A DNA stretch of 64,000 nucleotides, taken from positions 30,935,648 through 30,999,647 of the forward strand of contig NC_092673.1 of the NCBI RefSeq assembly GCF_964355755.1. The letters run 5' to 3'. Source of the DNA: Antedon mediterranea (Eukaryota > Animalia > Echinodermata). Under the pieces are notes generated by a model. The model was given only the letters and a program-made list of their open reading frames with translations, was not told where the DNA came from and made no database searches. Positions 39,128 through 52,378 of this stretch are shown here, piece after piece. Made by a program: the position numbers and the translations under genes. The stretch's first letter is position 1; each line of letters starts with the position of its first letter.

Positions 39128-42100
39128 TCAAGGAAACAGTCGATGCCATCTGGCCACAGCTTTACTCGATGTTATCATGTCATTCCAATGTGCCAGCTCC
39201 TCTCCGTGCGAGTCGGGTCCCACAACAACTTTCCCTAATACCTGGAATACAATATGTCACTTTTAGTATTGATCACTACTAGTGAACCTATTGGTCACTA
39301 CTGGTTACTAATAGTAGGCCTATTGGTCACTATTAGTAGGCCTATTGGTCACTATTTGTAGGCCTATTGGTCACAATTAGTATTACTATTGCAACAACAT
39401 AAACACTAGGAAGATGCAACGTAAATATCTGTGAATTTCTGAATTTAGCGCAATCGCGGAAACTGGCAAAGCGCTGGTCATGCGAATTTATGTTCGTAGG
39501 ATTTACGATCGCATTGTGCATACACTTCATTACCGTTATATGATTGTTTTATACAGTATTTCTCTTTATGTATTTTGCATATTTATATTTATATTGTAGG
39601 GGCCCTCATGAGACAAGCTATTGCTTCTAGTGCGGGCCCCAGTTATTGTCAAATAACTGAATAAACTGGTATGAATGAAAATATTTCTCAGTAAATTATA
39701 AATTAATCAAATATATAAGGCTGATTTTGTGTCTCATTTCCTTTTTGTATTTTGTGTTTAGAAATAACCAACCCTTGTAATGTTAAGTACGTGTAATATG
39801 ATCTAAAACAATTCTTGAGTAGGAGTCAAATTATTATTTTCATTTGAAATGTTATGGATAGTTTCATTGACAACTGAACCAATATAGGCCAAGTCTAGAT
39901 GATAAATATAGCAACGTTTTACGAGCAACTTTGGTTACATTTAGGCTTACTGCTATCTGACAACGAACAAGGTGAAATTCATCCAAATCAGTAAAATTTA
40001 GTGATTTAATTTATAGAAGGGATTGTAAAGTACATACATTGAAAATAGACTTACCGCAACCGTGTCATTTGGTTTTCGCTAAACGCCATATGCGAATAAC
40101 ACAGCTTTCGAATCAAAGAGTAATTCTGTGCTTCCCCGGAAACACAATAATGAGCCAGCATATACTCAGTGATTAAGTGATATGTATGAAGGGCGAATGC
40201 AGACAGAACTAGTTGTTTATTATTAGAACGTATCAAATAATAATGGCACTTACCTCATTTTGTCCAACTCTATTGTCATGTATGACACTGACTTCTAGTT
40301 TTAAGTATTTAAGAAAATGATTAGAAACGTTAAATACTAGAGCTTCGTTGAAGACAGGTTGGAGGACTCCATGTTTAGATGTCGTTTTCTTCTTTTTTAA
40401 TCGCTTTCCGTTATGAAATACAGACACCTTTACATAAGGATCTGAAAAAATAAATCATATGTATGGTATGTTTTATTCGTTAGTAGGCATGTCGTTATGT
40501 CCAAATGTGTCGCGTGTCATGTGGTGGTACGTCTAAACGTGTCGCATGTCATGTGGTGGTATGCCTAAATATGTCGCCTGTCATGTGGTGGTAAGTCCAA
40601 GTGTGTCGCCTGTCATGTAGTGGTACGTCTAAACGTGTCGCGTGTCATGTGGTGGTACGTCTAAACATGTCGCGTGTCATGTGGAGGTACGTCTAAATGT
40701 GTCGCGTGTAATGTGGCGTTATGTCCAAATGTTTTGCGTGTTATGTGGTAGTGGTACGTCCGAATGTTTCGCGTGTCATGTGGTAGTGGTACGTCCAAAT
40801 GTTTCGCGTGTCATGTGGTAGTGGTACGTCCAAATGTTTCGCGTGTCATATGGTAGTGGTACGTCCAAATGTTTCGCGTGTCATGTGGTAGTGGTACGTC
40901 CGAATGTTTCGCGTGTCATGTGGTAGTGGTACGTCCAAATGTTTCGCGTGTCATGTGGTAGTGGTACGTCTAAATGTTTCGCGTGTCATGTGGTAGTGGT
41001 ACGTCCGAATGTTTCGCGTGTCATGTGATAGTGGTACGTTGGTGCATCAAAATGTGTCGCGCGTATCATATGTGGTACGTCTAAATTTGTCGCGTATCAT
41101 ACGGTGGTACGTATACATGTGTCGCGTTTCATGTGTGGCTGGTCGTGTGGTGTTGTTACGTCTAAATGTGTAGCGTGTTATGTGGTACATACCGTTTTTA
41201 TATAGCCATTGAAAGTTTATTTGAAAAAAATATGCTGTAAAACAACATGTTTTATGGGTCATTTCTGCTGCATTGTACGTCAAATTAAATTCAGTAAATC
41301 ATTATTCATCATTATTAGTTTTCTAACATATTATTCTAAAGAGTGATGATACATCAATGGTAAGTAGCAATCTTGATATTAAAACGTAAACGACGTCACG
41401 GAAGAAAAATTGACTGTGAATCGCCCTAGAGAGCAACCAGTTTAATAATTAGCACAAATATACATCTTATACTCAATAAGCAATTAGACGGTTTTTATAA
41501 TTTTATCTTGTAGATGAGCGATATAACTATTTTGAAAAATGATTTAGCGATTTAAAAAAAAAATGTATGGATACTTTAATCATCATATTTGATAGTTTCT
41601 AAACTTAAGATTATGATCTTGACATGTAATCTATTTTGAAATTTACAACACGTCAAAAGTAAAAGCATATATCATTATACTGCTGGTGAATCTTTAAGCC
41701 TCCAGATGCACCATGTATACAACTATAGATAGCTTTCGATTTCTGACGGCCTCAAGTATAGATACGTAGATCTACGTTAGAATCCGCCAAAACTATGCCA
41801 AGGAATAGAGTAAGAAGCACAAAATGTCTCCGCATGAATTAACATGGTGTAACCAAGGCAATCTAACAACAGGAAACTGTGCTCGCCTTGCCAAGATAGG
41901 AACTCGTAATAGTCATTTGATCTTATGTCTGGCCGCGACAAATACCAACAGTACTCTACATGTACATAAATTCTCCGCAACGTGTTAAAAAAGTGCGTGA
42001 AACTGACGTGTCGCAGCAGCCACATGTTATTATATTACGTTGGTGTAACTAACGAGGTACGCAAATAATCGAAGCTACCAACTATTTATTTTTTAGGTCT

Positions 42101-45100
42101 ACATACCTGGATCTTTCTTTTCACTTAATTGTCTCAGATTTCTTGCTTTTAGAATTACTACATTAAGTCGTTCTGCTGTTTCCAAATACGATAATGAGAA
42201 CATAATATCGCCTAGATTTGGTATCTCTGTATTCTAATAAAATAAAACTTGTTTATTCATAATTCATAACAATATATAAATAAAACTTTCGTTAAATTTG
42301 CTAGTTTGTAAGCTCTGACTACACTACCAAAATAATTTGACAAAAATGTGCCCAAATATGGTAGTGATATGACGACATCGTGGACATATATGAATACATC
42401 ACATTTTTTTTGTCATATAAAGTTGTATAGTGTAAACAGAGCTTATGATCATACATCCCACGATTTCAACATTACCTTCATTTTCTTTTCTTTTAACTTT
42501 TTGATTTCCTTCCAAACTTCTAATTTGTCACTAAGATCTACATTATCCAACGGTAGTATTACGTCACCTATATAATCATCCCGTGAAAACTGATCAAAAT
42601 CATACAGTTGTATTTTTACAGTCTGTCTGTGTAGATCAAATTCTGGAATTTCAAAGACAAAGCTCTCCTTAAATTGCGGGTTTAAGGTCTTTCTTAGAAC
42701 TTTGCTCTGCATAGTTTTGGGGCAGTTTGGAAGGACGGTGACCTTGCAGTAAGGATCTGCCGTGCCGCTAAAATCCTGCGGTTGTAAGTTGCGTGCTTCT
42801 ATAAGTCGTATTGTTAGTAAGTTCATGTCTGGCGAATATTTTAGCTCAAAATTTAAGATGCCAAGACTGGGACCTTCAACTAGCGACTTTTTTCTTGGCT
42901 AGAAACAAAAACAGAAATGAAGTTAATAAACAAAAATATCATCTTTTAAATATATAATTTATATATTTATATGTTATATGTTTAACGATAATTATATCTA
43001 ACATCAATGTTATTCCTAATCCGTATAGGCTTAGTTCCCACTAGAGATGCAGCACAATGACGAAGGCAAACGACAGTCGAATAATCCATTGCTTGTGATT
43101 CTTGGTAATTGCGTTGCGTATCTAGTGGGAACCAAGCTCTAATAAGAACATTCGATGTATACAATAAGGTATATTATATACATGATGATTTTAATTAATT
43201 CTATCTATTTTGACACATGTTGGCCACAAATAACTCATTAAATTTAGAAGTCTGTAATGTTTTACTAAAACATTGGAACGTCTAGTGGAGAATAGGGGAA
43301 TCTTCAAGTGATGTTTAGGTTTGACTATCAAATGATACTTTTAGTTGTGCTTATTTAAAAAGCCTCATATTAAATTATACTGTATTATGCTTTGTCCTTG
43401 TTTAAATAAATTTAATGAAAATTGCTCTTCAGTAATTCGGTTATGTGTAAACAACGAACCTGCGAATCTCTTTCGAACCAAGAACATGTTGAGCCGTTCA
43501 ATGAATAGGTTTAATTACCAAATATTATAATTTGGACTTATTTGTATAGTGTTGAGTCTCTTCTAATAAATTCGCTTGTCATAATTCAGTATGTACTTTA
43601 AAGATTTACATACAGAACTGCAACAGCGGACCAGTAAATGTAGCCTAATACATTAATAAGGGTTTTAGTTTCATGGTGGCTCTCTGCGATCTAACTGTGA
43701 CGAATAGAGAATAACGGTCGAGAATTAACTCGGCGGTTGCAAAGATAGCCGAATGGCTCCGGGGAATCTCGAACAGCACGTGTAGCCTATCGGTCATTCG
43801 GTTTAGATAGTTAGTGAGGAGGAAAAACAAGGTTATTGACTGCTTGTATCAATTAGAATACAAAATGTTCTTTTTCTAAAAAGACGATTGTCAAGTGTAG
43901 TTTATATCAAATCTGGTAGACTGCATACACGTCAGATATTCATTAATATTATATGCATATTTTATAGGCAATCTATTAATATAATAATTTCGTACGGTCG
44001 TCGTACATGCTCTACTTAATAAATGTGAATTATGGAGAACCCAGGTCAATAATAAGAAATTATTGTTTGTTAACGTAGACCACTGAGAATATCATGTTTA
44101 TGAGTGTAATTACTTATGGATATTTCACTAATCACTGTAATATTTTGTTGTGCTATACTCACGGGTTCTGGTGGCGGTTTGTACATGTCACTAGAAGGGT
44201 CAAAGGTCGACGGATCTAGCTTGGACGACATGGAATGCTGACGATCCATCGATCGTGGTGTTATCGGTGGTTGTGGGCATGCGACTACCTCTCCATGTGC
44301 TGGTGGTGCTAAAGTACATGGAGGAAAATCAAATAATAACCAAACTTTATAAAAATTTTAATCTAAATAGATAAAATAGATGGAAGAAAGAATCTTAAAG
44401 ATGTATTGTCCCTTTGTCAAATTCCAAAAAAAAAAGAAGAAGATTTAAAGTATCATAATAGTTACTAATTTTCACCAAAAATGAGTCGAAAAAAAAATCA
44501 TTTAACTGAAATACAGACGTTTTTTGGTTCAAAAAATAACTTTGACTTCCAGTCAAAGTTTTCTATCAAAACATATCTCATAATGCAACGCGTTTATTTG
44601 GCTACTCTGTATGCATAATCATAAAACTTCTTTGGATCTGTGTGAGAACACCTTCTCATCCGTGACGAGTTGTAAACAATCCTAATTAGCATCATGCATA
44701 ATGTATACTCATGGTTTGAAATCTTTGTTTACTTTCGCGCCGGACAATTATCCAGATGAAATGTAATCAAATTAATTTAGCTGTTAATTACGTAAAATTG
44801 TTGTTTTTGGCTCGAATTTTCGACTTAAGGTGAATAACTTTAATATTACTTTGATATGGCCAATTTAAATTTAGAATATTTTGACCTTCATTTTGTTGTG
44901 TTTCAAGGGACAATACATCTTTAACAATCCAAAGGAATGAAGGAGAGTATGCGAGAGGAAGGGAATCTAGCCTACAAAAGGGAAAATGGAGAGGAATAAA
45001 AAAAAGTGAGGGAAAACAAGAAAATGCTAGTGGAAAGAAAAGGTGAAGGGAAAGAAAAAAAGGGAAAGGAAAAAAGTGGAGGAAAGGGAAGAAAAATACA

Positions 45101-46476
45101 TTTTCCCAATAAAACTAATAGCTTTTTCCAATTCCACCTCGGCGTAAGTTATTGTGTAAAGTTCCATTACTAACTTAGCCGTGGGCGACACATCAATCGT
45201 TTAGCCTAATACCTTTATATTACTGAAACCAGTACATCTACGAACCCGATTACTAATTCTAGGTTCATATTTTTGCTTCAATTGTAATAGATTATAAAAG
45301 TTTGGTTTATTATAGATTGGAAGTCACGTCGATTAAATGCAAAAATATGTAAAAAATAGGATTACGAAACTAAATTAAGCTTGGTTTATAATAGATGGAA
45401 AATGACATTATAAATTTAAACTAAGATTTGTTTGCCACGTCGATTAAATGCAAAAATATGTAAAAAATAGGATTACGAAATTACAAATTAAGTTTGGTTT
45501 ATAATAGATGGAAAATGACATTATGATTATTATTATTAGCCATGAATTATTGAATCAAAGGTAGGCTAGAGGCCCACATAGAATTGTGAAAATAACATTT
45601 TCTACATAGCTAATTACAAATTAACCGTTATTACTGTTATTGATCAGATTTTTTTAAAATATATAAATAAAAAAATATATTATTTCCAATAATTGTTATT
45701 TCGATTAATAATTTTGATCAATTTGAAAAACTGAATTGCCGCCGGTGAAATGTATTGATAAACTAAGAAACGTAACCTAGCCCTGATCATCAATTAGCGG
45801 GAAAAGAAAATAAAAGAATATCAATAATAAAATTAATAACTATTTTGAAATTATACTTCTTAAATGACAGATGGCTAGATAATACAAGAATACAAGTATA
45901 TCGCGGTTAAAAAACATAGGCCTATAGAACATAACAAATTAAGATTAATCAAATAATTTTTTTTTTTTAAAGAGTATCACTTACGTAGAAAAACACCCAA
46001 AACAATTAATGTTTTAAAGACAAAATAAACGGTTACATTTAACCAAAACCCATTGACTTCCAGTCAATTTCACTATTTTTTTGCTTTGAATTACAGTATT
46101 TCAGGTATCATTCACTTGTTGACCTTTGAACTTTCAACACTATGAATTATACTAATTGATCGAGTTATAGTTATTTTTTAAATTTTACCATTGACCTTTG
46201 ACATCGCAAATGACACTTACTTCCTGGTATAACGAATGCATCCGGAAGTCCTGCTCTGTTTGTATCCAATATGGTCAGGTCATTCTTTTTCTTTGGTGTC
46301 ACCTGCGCAAGGCTGTGTGTAATGTTGTCATTCTTAAACTCCTTAGATTGTAGCCTAAACCCCCTGAACCATTTCCCATTATCACAGCATATACACAGTA
46401 TTAGAAGTGTGGTTATGACAGCAATGAAAGGAACGGCACAGAGAAGTATCAACTCCACTGCCGTAAGCCTGAACAT
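39128..46476 (-). CDS. Synaptotagmin (N-terminal TM, C2A, C2B; ~417 aa), resembles the invertebrate Syt-alpha type
   Basis: Exons 46476-46221 (TM with Cys cluster LCICC), 44308-44163 (Pro-rich linker), 42898-42476 (C2A: QDFSGTADPY, YDFDQFSRDD), 42233-42107 (LGDIMFSLSYLETAERL), 40441-40254 (DPYVKV, KRLKKKKT polybasic, PVFNE), 39241-39128 (HWNDM...RWHRL). Total 1254 nt, in frame. The subtype is recalled from family motifs, not from a search. Confidence 0.92.
40490..41190. repeat. 32/35-bp minisatellite (gtggtacgtccaaatgtttcgcgtgtcatgtggta) in a Syt intron
   Basis: About 20 tandem units; 32-bp units flank a homogeneous 35-bp block at ~40745-41040. Confidence 0.92.
42311..42443. mobile_element. 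MITE family B (degenerate)
   Basis: agctctgactacactac...tagtgtaaacagagct. Confidence 0.7.
43028..43138. mobile_element. MITE family A (degenerate, short)
   Basis: gcttagttcccactag...ctagtgggaaccaagc. Confidence 0.65.
44399..44920. mobile_element. Kolobok-like non-autonomous DNA transposon
   Basis: TTAA|AGATGTATTGTCCCTT...AAGGGACAATACATCT|TTAA: perfect TIRs with RR..YY ends and a TTAA TSD. Confidence 0.8.
45325..45525. repeat. Tandem duplication, ~111-bp period
   Basis: cacgtcgattaaatgcaaaaatatg...aaatgacatta occurs twice. Confidence 0.8.
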
Positions 46477-48341
46477 CCTACAAAAAAACAGTAGAAGAAG
46501 TAAAGAGGCGATTTAATTTTGTGAGGAGGCCTAGCAAATGAGTTTAAAGACAGCAAGTTCTGGATTCGGATTAGTCTTCTTGTTTTGGGGATTTTATTAG
46601 TAGAATATACAGATGTTTCAGTCCCGGGGATCACCTGTAGTACGATTTCTGTCACAGTATTTATAAAAACAGGCTTTTTACAAATTGTGTAATAACGTAA
46701 CGAGCGCTTTTTCGTTATGCGTGATTGATTATAGCTAGAATGACGTAATGGATAACGGTATAAATACGTAACAAGCTGGGTACCGGTGGATTGATCTGTG
46801 AATGATATGCACTCGTTGTTGTAAATTAATGAATTTAACTTATGTCGTTACTTTATATATGACATATTATATGCTTACTATTATTATTGAGACTCTGAAC
46901 GACTTACGTCCTTTCTAAGGTTGACTACTCAAATGTATTCATGTGTAACATGTTAAAGTACATATTTATATATTTAAATTAAAGAATAATTATCAAATCT
47001 AACTTTGAAGCAATATTAATATAGAATGAATTGAAACAATATTTATGCAATTTAGATTATTTACTTTGCAAATGAATGTGAATAGAGCTCAAATCTGTTG
47101 ATTAATCCGATTCTCACGGCATTGCGTTAGTGGCGACAGACGATATTAGACAACAGACTTCCTGAGCATTGTGTGTATCTTCTGATGTACACAACTGCAA
47201 TTTTACATAATATTAAGTGTAGGCTTCCGTGTGTCATGCCAAATAATAACAGTCGTTATCGAAACTCTCAGTGAGAAAAAATGTACATTTTCAGAAAACT
47301 GCATGATACGTTATCAATGTAGTTACCGCGAACTCCGTATCGCATACGTAGGTAAATTTCGCGTACTACGTCACACATCTGTAGTCGCGCGCAACGCGTC
47401 TCTATAGCTCACTATGTTGGTCGGTCGGTCGCTAAACACTAACTCAAATTTGCGCACGTGACTGGGCCAGTAGGCTATATGGCCTTGTTGTAACGCAAAA
47501 ACCGCGCGTGATCTAAAGTTTACTAAAACGTATTTAGTTCTTGTTATCCGTATAACCCGACATGTTTCTACACGAATTTATTGGCTCTCTATGTGTTCTG
47601 TGAGTGCTCCTGATTAACCAAATTTTGGAACTGTATGAAAAATAATGTAGTGCCCTGCCCTGATTGCATTTCTTCGCTTTCGTCTAGTTAGCGCGCGCTC
47701 TATTTTTTTCCTATAATATCTCTATGATTTTAGTACAAAAACAAAAGCTACGTCAATGCGTTCACTTCAACCGTGCTTTAATGCATTTATTCAGTAAATC
47801 GTGCGTCGAGATTATTAATTTCTGACGACACAACAATTCTCCTTTCTATTAAATCCCCATGATAATCTAGACTTAGGTTTACAAATAATATACTCTCAAA
47901 TTTAACAGCGATAGCTGGTTTCAAGGGACATCAAACATAATGAATCCTTGTATGCTTTATGGATTGATATCATTTCGTTTTCTGTATCAATTTTAACAAA
48001 ATCAATAATGCTTAACTATTTTTTTATTAGAACATGCTCAAATTCAATAGCAATCCACTTTACTTGTATTAGTCGATTTTGTAAATTACATAAACGTTAT
48101 GTTTAGAAATCAATATTGAATTTAAGGAGCATAGAATCGTTTTTTAAAAACGATAAACTGTAAGTCCACTTTGTAAAACATCAGTGTAATTTTCGGTTTA
48201 TCGTCACCATCTTATTGTAGCCGATTCCTCGGTACTCTATCTAAATGTCTGCAGTACCATAGGAAAATACCGTGATAAAGCATCACAAGTATAATATTAG
48301 TGCCCTGCGCTGATTGCAGTGCTTCGCCTTCGTCTAGTAAA

Positions 48342-48625
48342 TGTTGGTTCCCACTAAAGCGTGGTTCCCACTAGCGACGCAACGCAAGGACGCCGAACAC
48401 AACGCAAGTGAATTGACCAATCACAAGCAACAATGGCTTATTCGCTTGTGATTGCTAACTGTCTATAACTTCGCTTGTCATTGGTCAACACGCTTGCGTT
48501 GCGTTTACGTCCTTGCGTTACGTTCTAGTGGGAACCAAGCTTAACGACGCAACGTAACGCAACCTACACAACGTAAGAAAATGCCCTTCCAATAATTGTG
48601 TTTGCCCCCGTCTGCGTTAAATCAC
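48342..48625. mobile_element. A1 MITE (48358-48541) nested in the left TIR of an A2 MITE
   Basis: ...ggttcccac TAA [A1] TAA cgacgcaacgtaacg...; TAA TSD on both sides. Confidence 0.85.
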
Positions 48626-48872
48626 GCATCGTCTAACCCTTAACCTTGCGTGATACAGGCACAAGGGATACACCTGAGATGCTGTATTACGGAATTAGGA
48701 GATACAGCAATTTGAATCGATTGTGTAATTCCTGGTAATTCTAATTATCTTTAGTATTCTACAAGTGTATCTGTATATTATATTGTATAAACAAACAAAC
48801 AAAAGGTTTACCACAAGCGTGTGCGACGCATGGCAGAAGTGTTTGGGAGCAAACGTCACAACGTGTACTAAA

Positions 48873-49080
48873 AGCGTGGTTCCCATTAGAACGGTCGGTA
48901 TCGACGCAAAGTGCTGTATTGCGTAATCACAAGTGGAAACCGACGACGCAATAGTGCTGCAAACATCGTAGGTTTGATTTCACGCAGGCGGGGGCAAACA
49001 CAATGATTGGAATGGCATTCATTATCTTACGTTGCGTAGATTGCATTGCGTTGCGTTGCGTCGCTAGTGAGAACCAAGCT
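48873..49080. mobile_element. MITE family A2 nested in another inverted-repeat element (~48830-49140)
   Basis: A2 TIRs. The flanks tttgggagcaaacgtcac / gtgacgtttgctcccaaa are inverted repeats of each other. Confidence 0.75.
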
Positions 49081-49518
49081 TTAACATGATTTGTTTTTTG
49101 TACGTACAAATCGTGACGTTTGCTCCCAAACTCTTCCCATCATGCATTTTGCAATGAGTTCCTCGCGAAATCAAACTCATACATACTGAAATGTATTATA
49201 AATAAACACGAATGTTATAAATATGGATGACACTTCATCTATCATAACTTTAAGTAAACATCTCAAATAACGTTTAGGTCACGCCCGAATATAATCATGT
49301 CGTATATTGGCCTAGCTATCTTTATTGCGTATCCAGCCCGAGGTATAAGATTAAATTGTAAAAGAAAATGGTATACTTTTAGATCAAACGTAATAGTTGG
49401 CCTAAGGTTTTGTATACACTATCAAACTTTATGTGAATAAATAAATGTGATGTGCCCATATATGGACATAATGATATCATATCACTACCATATTTTGGCA
49501 TATCACTACCATATTTGG

Positions 49519-50091
49519 GGGGTGTGTAGAAAGCGACGACCTCGAATTGGACGACCCCAACGACCCGGGTGACCTCGAATTCGACGACCCATAACACGAA
49601 ACCGACGACCCTTATAGCCTAGCCTAGGCCTATGTGTGGTATAACATCCCGAAGCCGAACATAGCCAAAGGTCCTTAAACCATACCTTGTATAATACTCG
49701 CAAGCAAGCAATTGATTGAAAAAATACAGAAATATCGCCATTTGATACTGAATGTGTCGACACGAACAAACGAACAGATATGGAACGCCAAGAGTGCATC
49801 ATTAAAACTTCATTCGACTCGATTAGCACACACGAAATATCATAAACATGGCAAACCAGGTCAAAACGGCCCCTTTTTCAGCGGCGGGTAAGTAATTTGA
49901 TTTGATTTGATTATTGGGTTAACGATGACCAATCCACTGAGCAAACCTTACCCGCCGCTGAAAAAGGCTAAGCTAGGCTATAGGGGTCGTCGGTTTCGTG
50001 TTATGGGTCGTCCAATTCTAGGTCGTCCAATTCGAGGTCGCCCGGGTCGTTGGGGTCGTCCAATTCGAGGTCGTCGCTTTTTACACACCCC
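49519..50091. mobile_element. Long-TIR non-autonomous element (MULE- or hAT-like) nested in a family B MITE (49405-50135)
   Basis: ~110-bp TIRs GGGGTGTGTA.AAAGCGACGACCTCGAATTGGACGACC... with ACGACC subrepeats. TSD is ATATTTGG (8 bp) or CATATTTGGG (10 bp), depending on the boundary chosen. Confidence 0.85.
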
Positions 50092-50480
50092 ATATTTGGG
50101 TACATCTCACTAGATTGATTGTGGTATACAGAGCTTAAAGTTCCTTAAGGAGTCACTGATCATCTGGTGATGAACATTCATTTTCAACCAATACGTAATT
50201 CATCATCAGATACATTTTAAAAACAACTTTGGAAACGCGCTTTTATCCAATACTAATATTCACCTGTTCACCGTTTTAATATTTGGAAAATAAATAAAAT
50301 GAAAATTCAATATAAAATAATGCACAAAGTTGACATCATCGTATAGTAGTGTATTGTATTCATATTATTAATATCAAATTCAGTCATCCTTTTTGTATTA
50401 ATTAGTGTAGGCCTATGTTGTAAAACACGCGATTATTCGTCTCATGCATTTTCTAAATTCTTATAGGCCTAAGATCTTAC

Positions 50481-50539
50481 CTTTGATATTTGAATCTACG
50501 TTTTCATGATAAGATGCGAATTCCGTCACTTTGTTCAAC
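50481..50539 (-). other. Probable 5'UTR exon of the synaptotagmin gene, carrying a 3-codon uORF
   Basis: Minus-strand pyrimidine tract + CAG acceptor and AAG|GTAAGA donor flank a 59-nt exon. It contains ATG AAA ACG TAG (50507-50496) and a stop in frame with the Syt ATG. Confidence 0.5.
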
Positions 50540-52217
50540 CTGGCAACGGAATAAAAAAAAGGTCACTACTAATATTGTACAACAAACAAACAGAATAATA
50601 AAGGCGTCATCGTAGAGTTATGTTCATGTGTACACGTCATCAAGACGCGGTATAGTCTGGTGGATAAAAAAAACAACCCCAACAATCTAATGATGAATAT
50701 AAAGTTATGTCCGTCAATAGAATTAGAGAAATTTTCCTGTATGAAAAGTACTAAAAATAAATCATTTTCAAGAATGACTTTAATGGTATTTTTCTTTAAA
50801 GGTAAAATACTGTGTCGTCGCATTAGAGGCATAATCTATATAAATGGTATCGTACAACGAGGCCCGACAGAAACGTCTTGGCCCGCGACGTCGGTGCTGT
50901 CTGTGTTGAATCCCGACGAGATGAGTTGCCTTGAGTAGTTTTGCAGTAGGTTGTCGGGAGAACTTTAGGCTAAACATGTTTAATTTTTTTTAAGACGAGA
51001 AGTATGCCTTTGACCACAACATGTCAGTAGGTCGGGTAGGTTTTCATCCGGGACCCAACATTGCATCTAATTGTCGTTTCATGAGGAAGTGTACCCTAAG
51101 ATATCCCCAGACTAGTGGTGTTCAAAAGAAGATTGTTACTATAGATCAATTACATCTATCCATCGTATTATTTTGTTATAAATGCTATGCTTAGTTTAAA
51201 GAATCCTTTCCATGACTCTTCAACAAATTGTATTCATTTAACTTTAACCGAGTGCATTTCAACATTTGATGTATGTGGGTCGAGGGGTAATGTTCAGTTC
51301 AATGTCACTGTGTAACGGGTCAGGTCACTGTAATTTCATCCTCATGTCAGGTTAAAGTTCGTGGCATTATCAAAACTGCTGTGTACATGTGCAAAGTAAA
51401 GATTATAGCTCCCTCGCCGAAGACCCTTTCGTAAAGTGAAATGATTGCTGTTTCTTTAAAGCTTGCCTGAAGAAAACTATCGGATCATTTTATTAGGATT
51501 CCAATTATTCTAAAAATACCGTACCATAAATTTTACAATTATGCCTGTCAAATTATTCATCATCTCGTGTTTACAATTTGTATTTGAATTCCAACATGAT
51601 CCCCTAAAATAATTTATCAACCCATTTTGTTTGTCAAATAGTCTTGGCAATAATTGATATGACCGTACTGCTTGAATTCAACGGTAGGTTGAAAATATGT
51701 ACGTTCTGTTTTCTAATATAGTTAAAAGACATACACACGTCATACTAATTCGTTATTATAAAACATACATATATACCCCGTAAATCTTCTAATATTAACC
51801 CACACTCTAATAGTAACCTCCTTCTAATAGAAACCCACCTTATAAGTCAATCTATAATAATAACCCACTACTCTAATAGTAACCCATGGGGGTTACTATT
51901 AGAGTCACAACAACTTATGATGCAGCCGTATTTTGAAATAAGGAGTTAAAGCATGTTGATCTCGCGAGTGGGAGAGGATTGAGTGTTTTTGAGTTTATAA
52001 AATAAAGTTAGAGTTCAACCAAATTAATTGTCTATGCGTGAACATAGAAACATTAGATGGATGTGAGAATAATTTGGGAAATGTTTATTACCCCTTCGTT
52101 TCTCAACTCTCCCTTTCCACACAGCACACCTTATTCATTAACGCTAACATCAACCTAACCAAAACGTGTTGACCGGCCGCCTCCCTCATCCCACCATTCT
52201 GGATCCTTCTTGTACTA

Positions 52218-52378
52218 AGCCGATTTTCCACTAGGCAAATTTAGGCGAATCCGCGTGACTCGAATGCGTCAGCTACGCATGCGTAGAGAAGGATTCGAAA
52301 GATGGAAATATGAATACGCATGCGTATAAGCTGACGCTTTCGATTCGCGCGAACAATTCGCCTATTGGGAAATTAGCA
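52218..52378. mobile_element. Palindromic MITE-like element
   Basis: ttccactaggc / gcctattgggaa ends and an internal hairpin gcgtcagct..cgcatgcgta / tacgcatgcg..agctgacgc. Confidence 0.55.

Noticed and set aside
49379-50113. Arg/Gly-rich ORFs (GRPIRGR repeats)
   Set aside because: They are translations of the subrepeated TIRs of the nested element.
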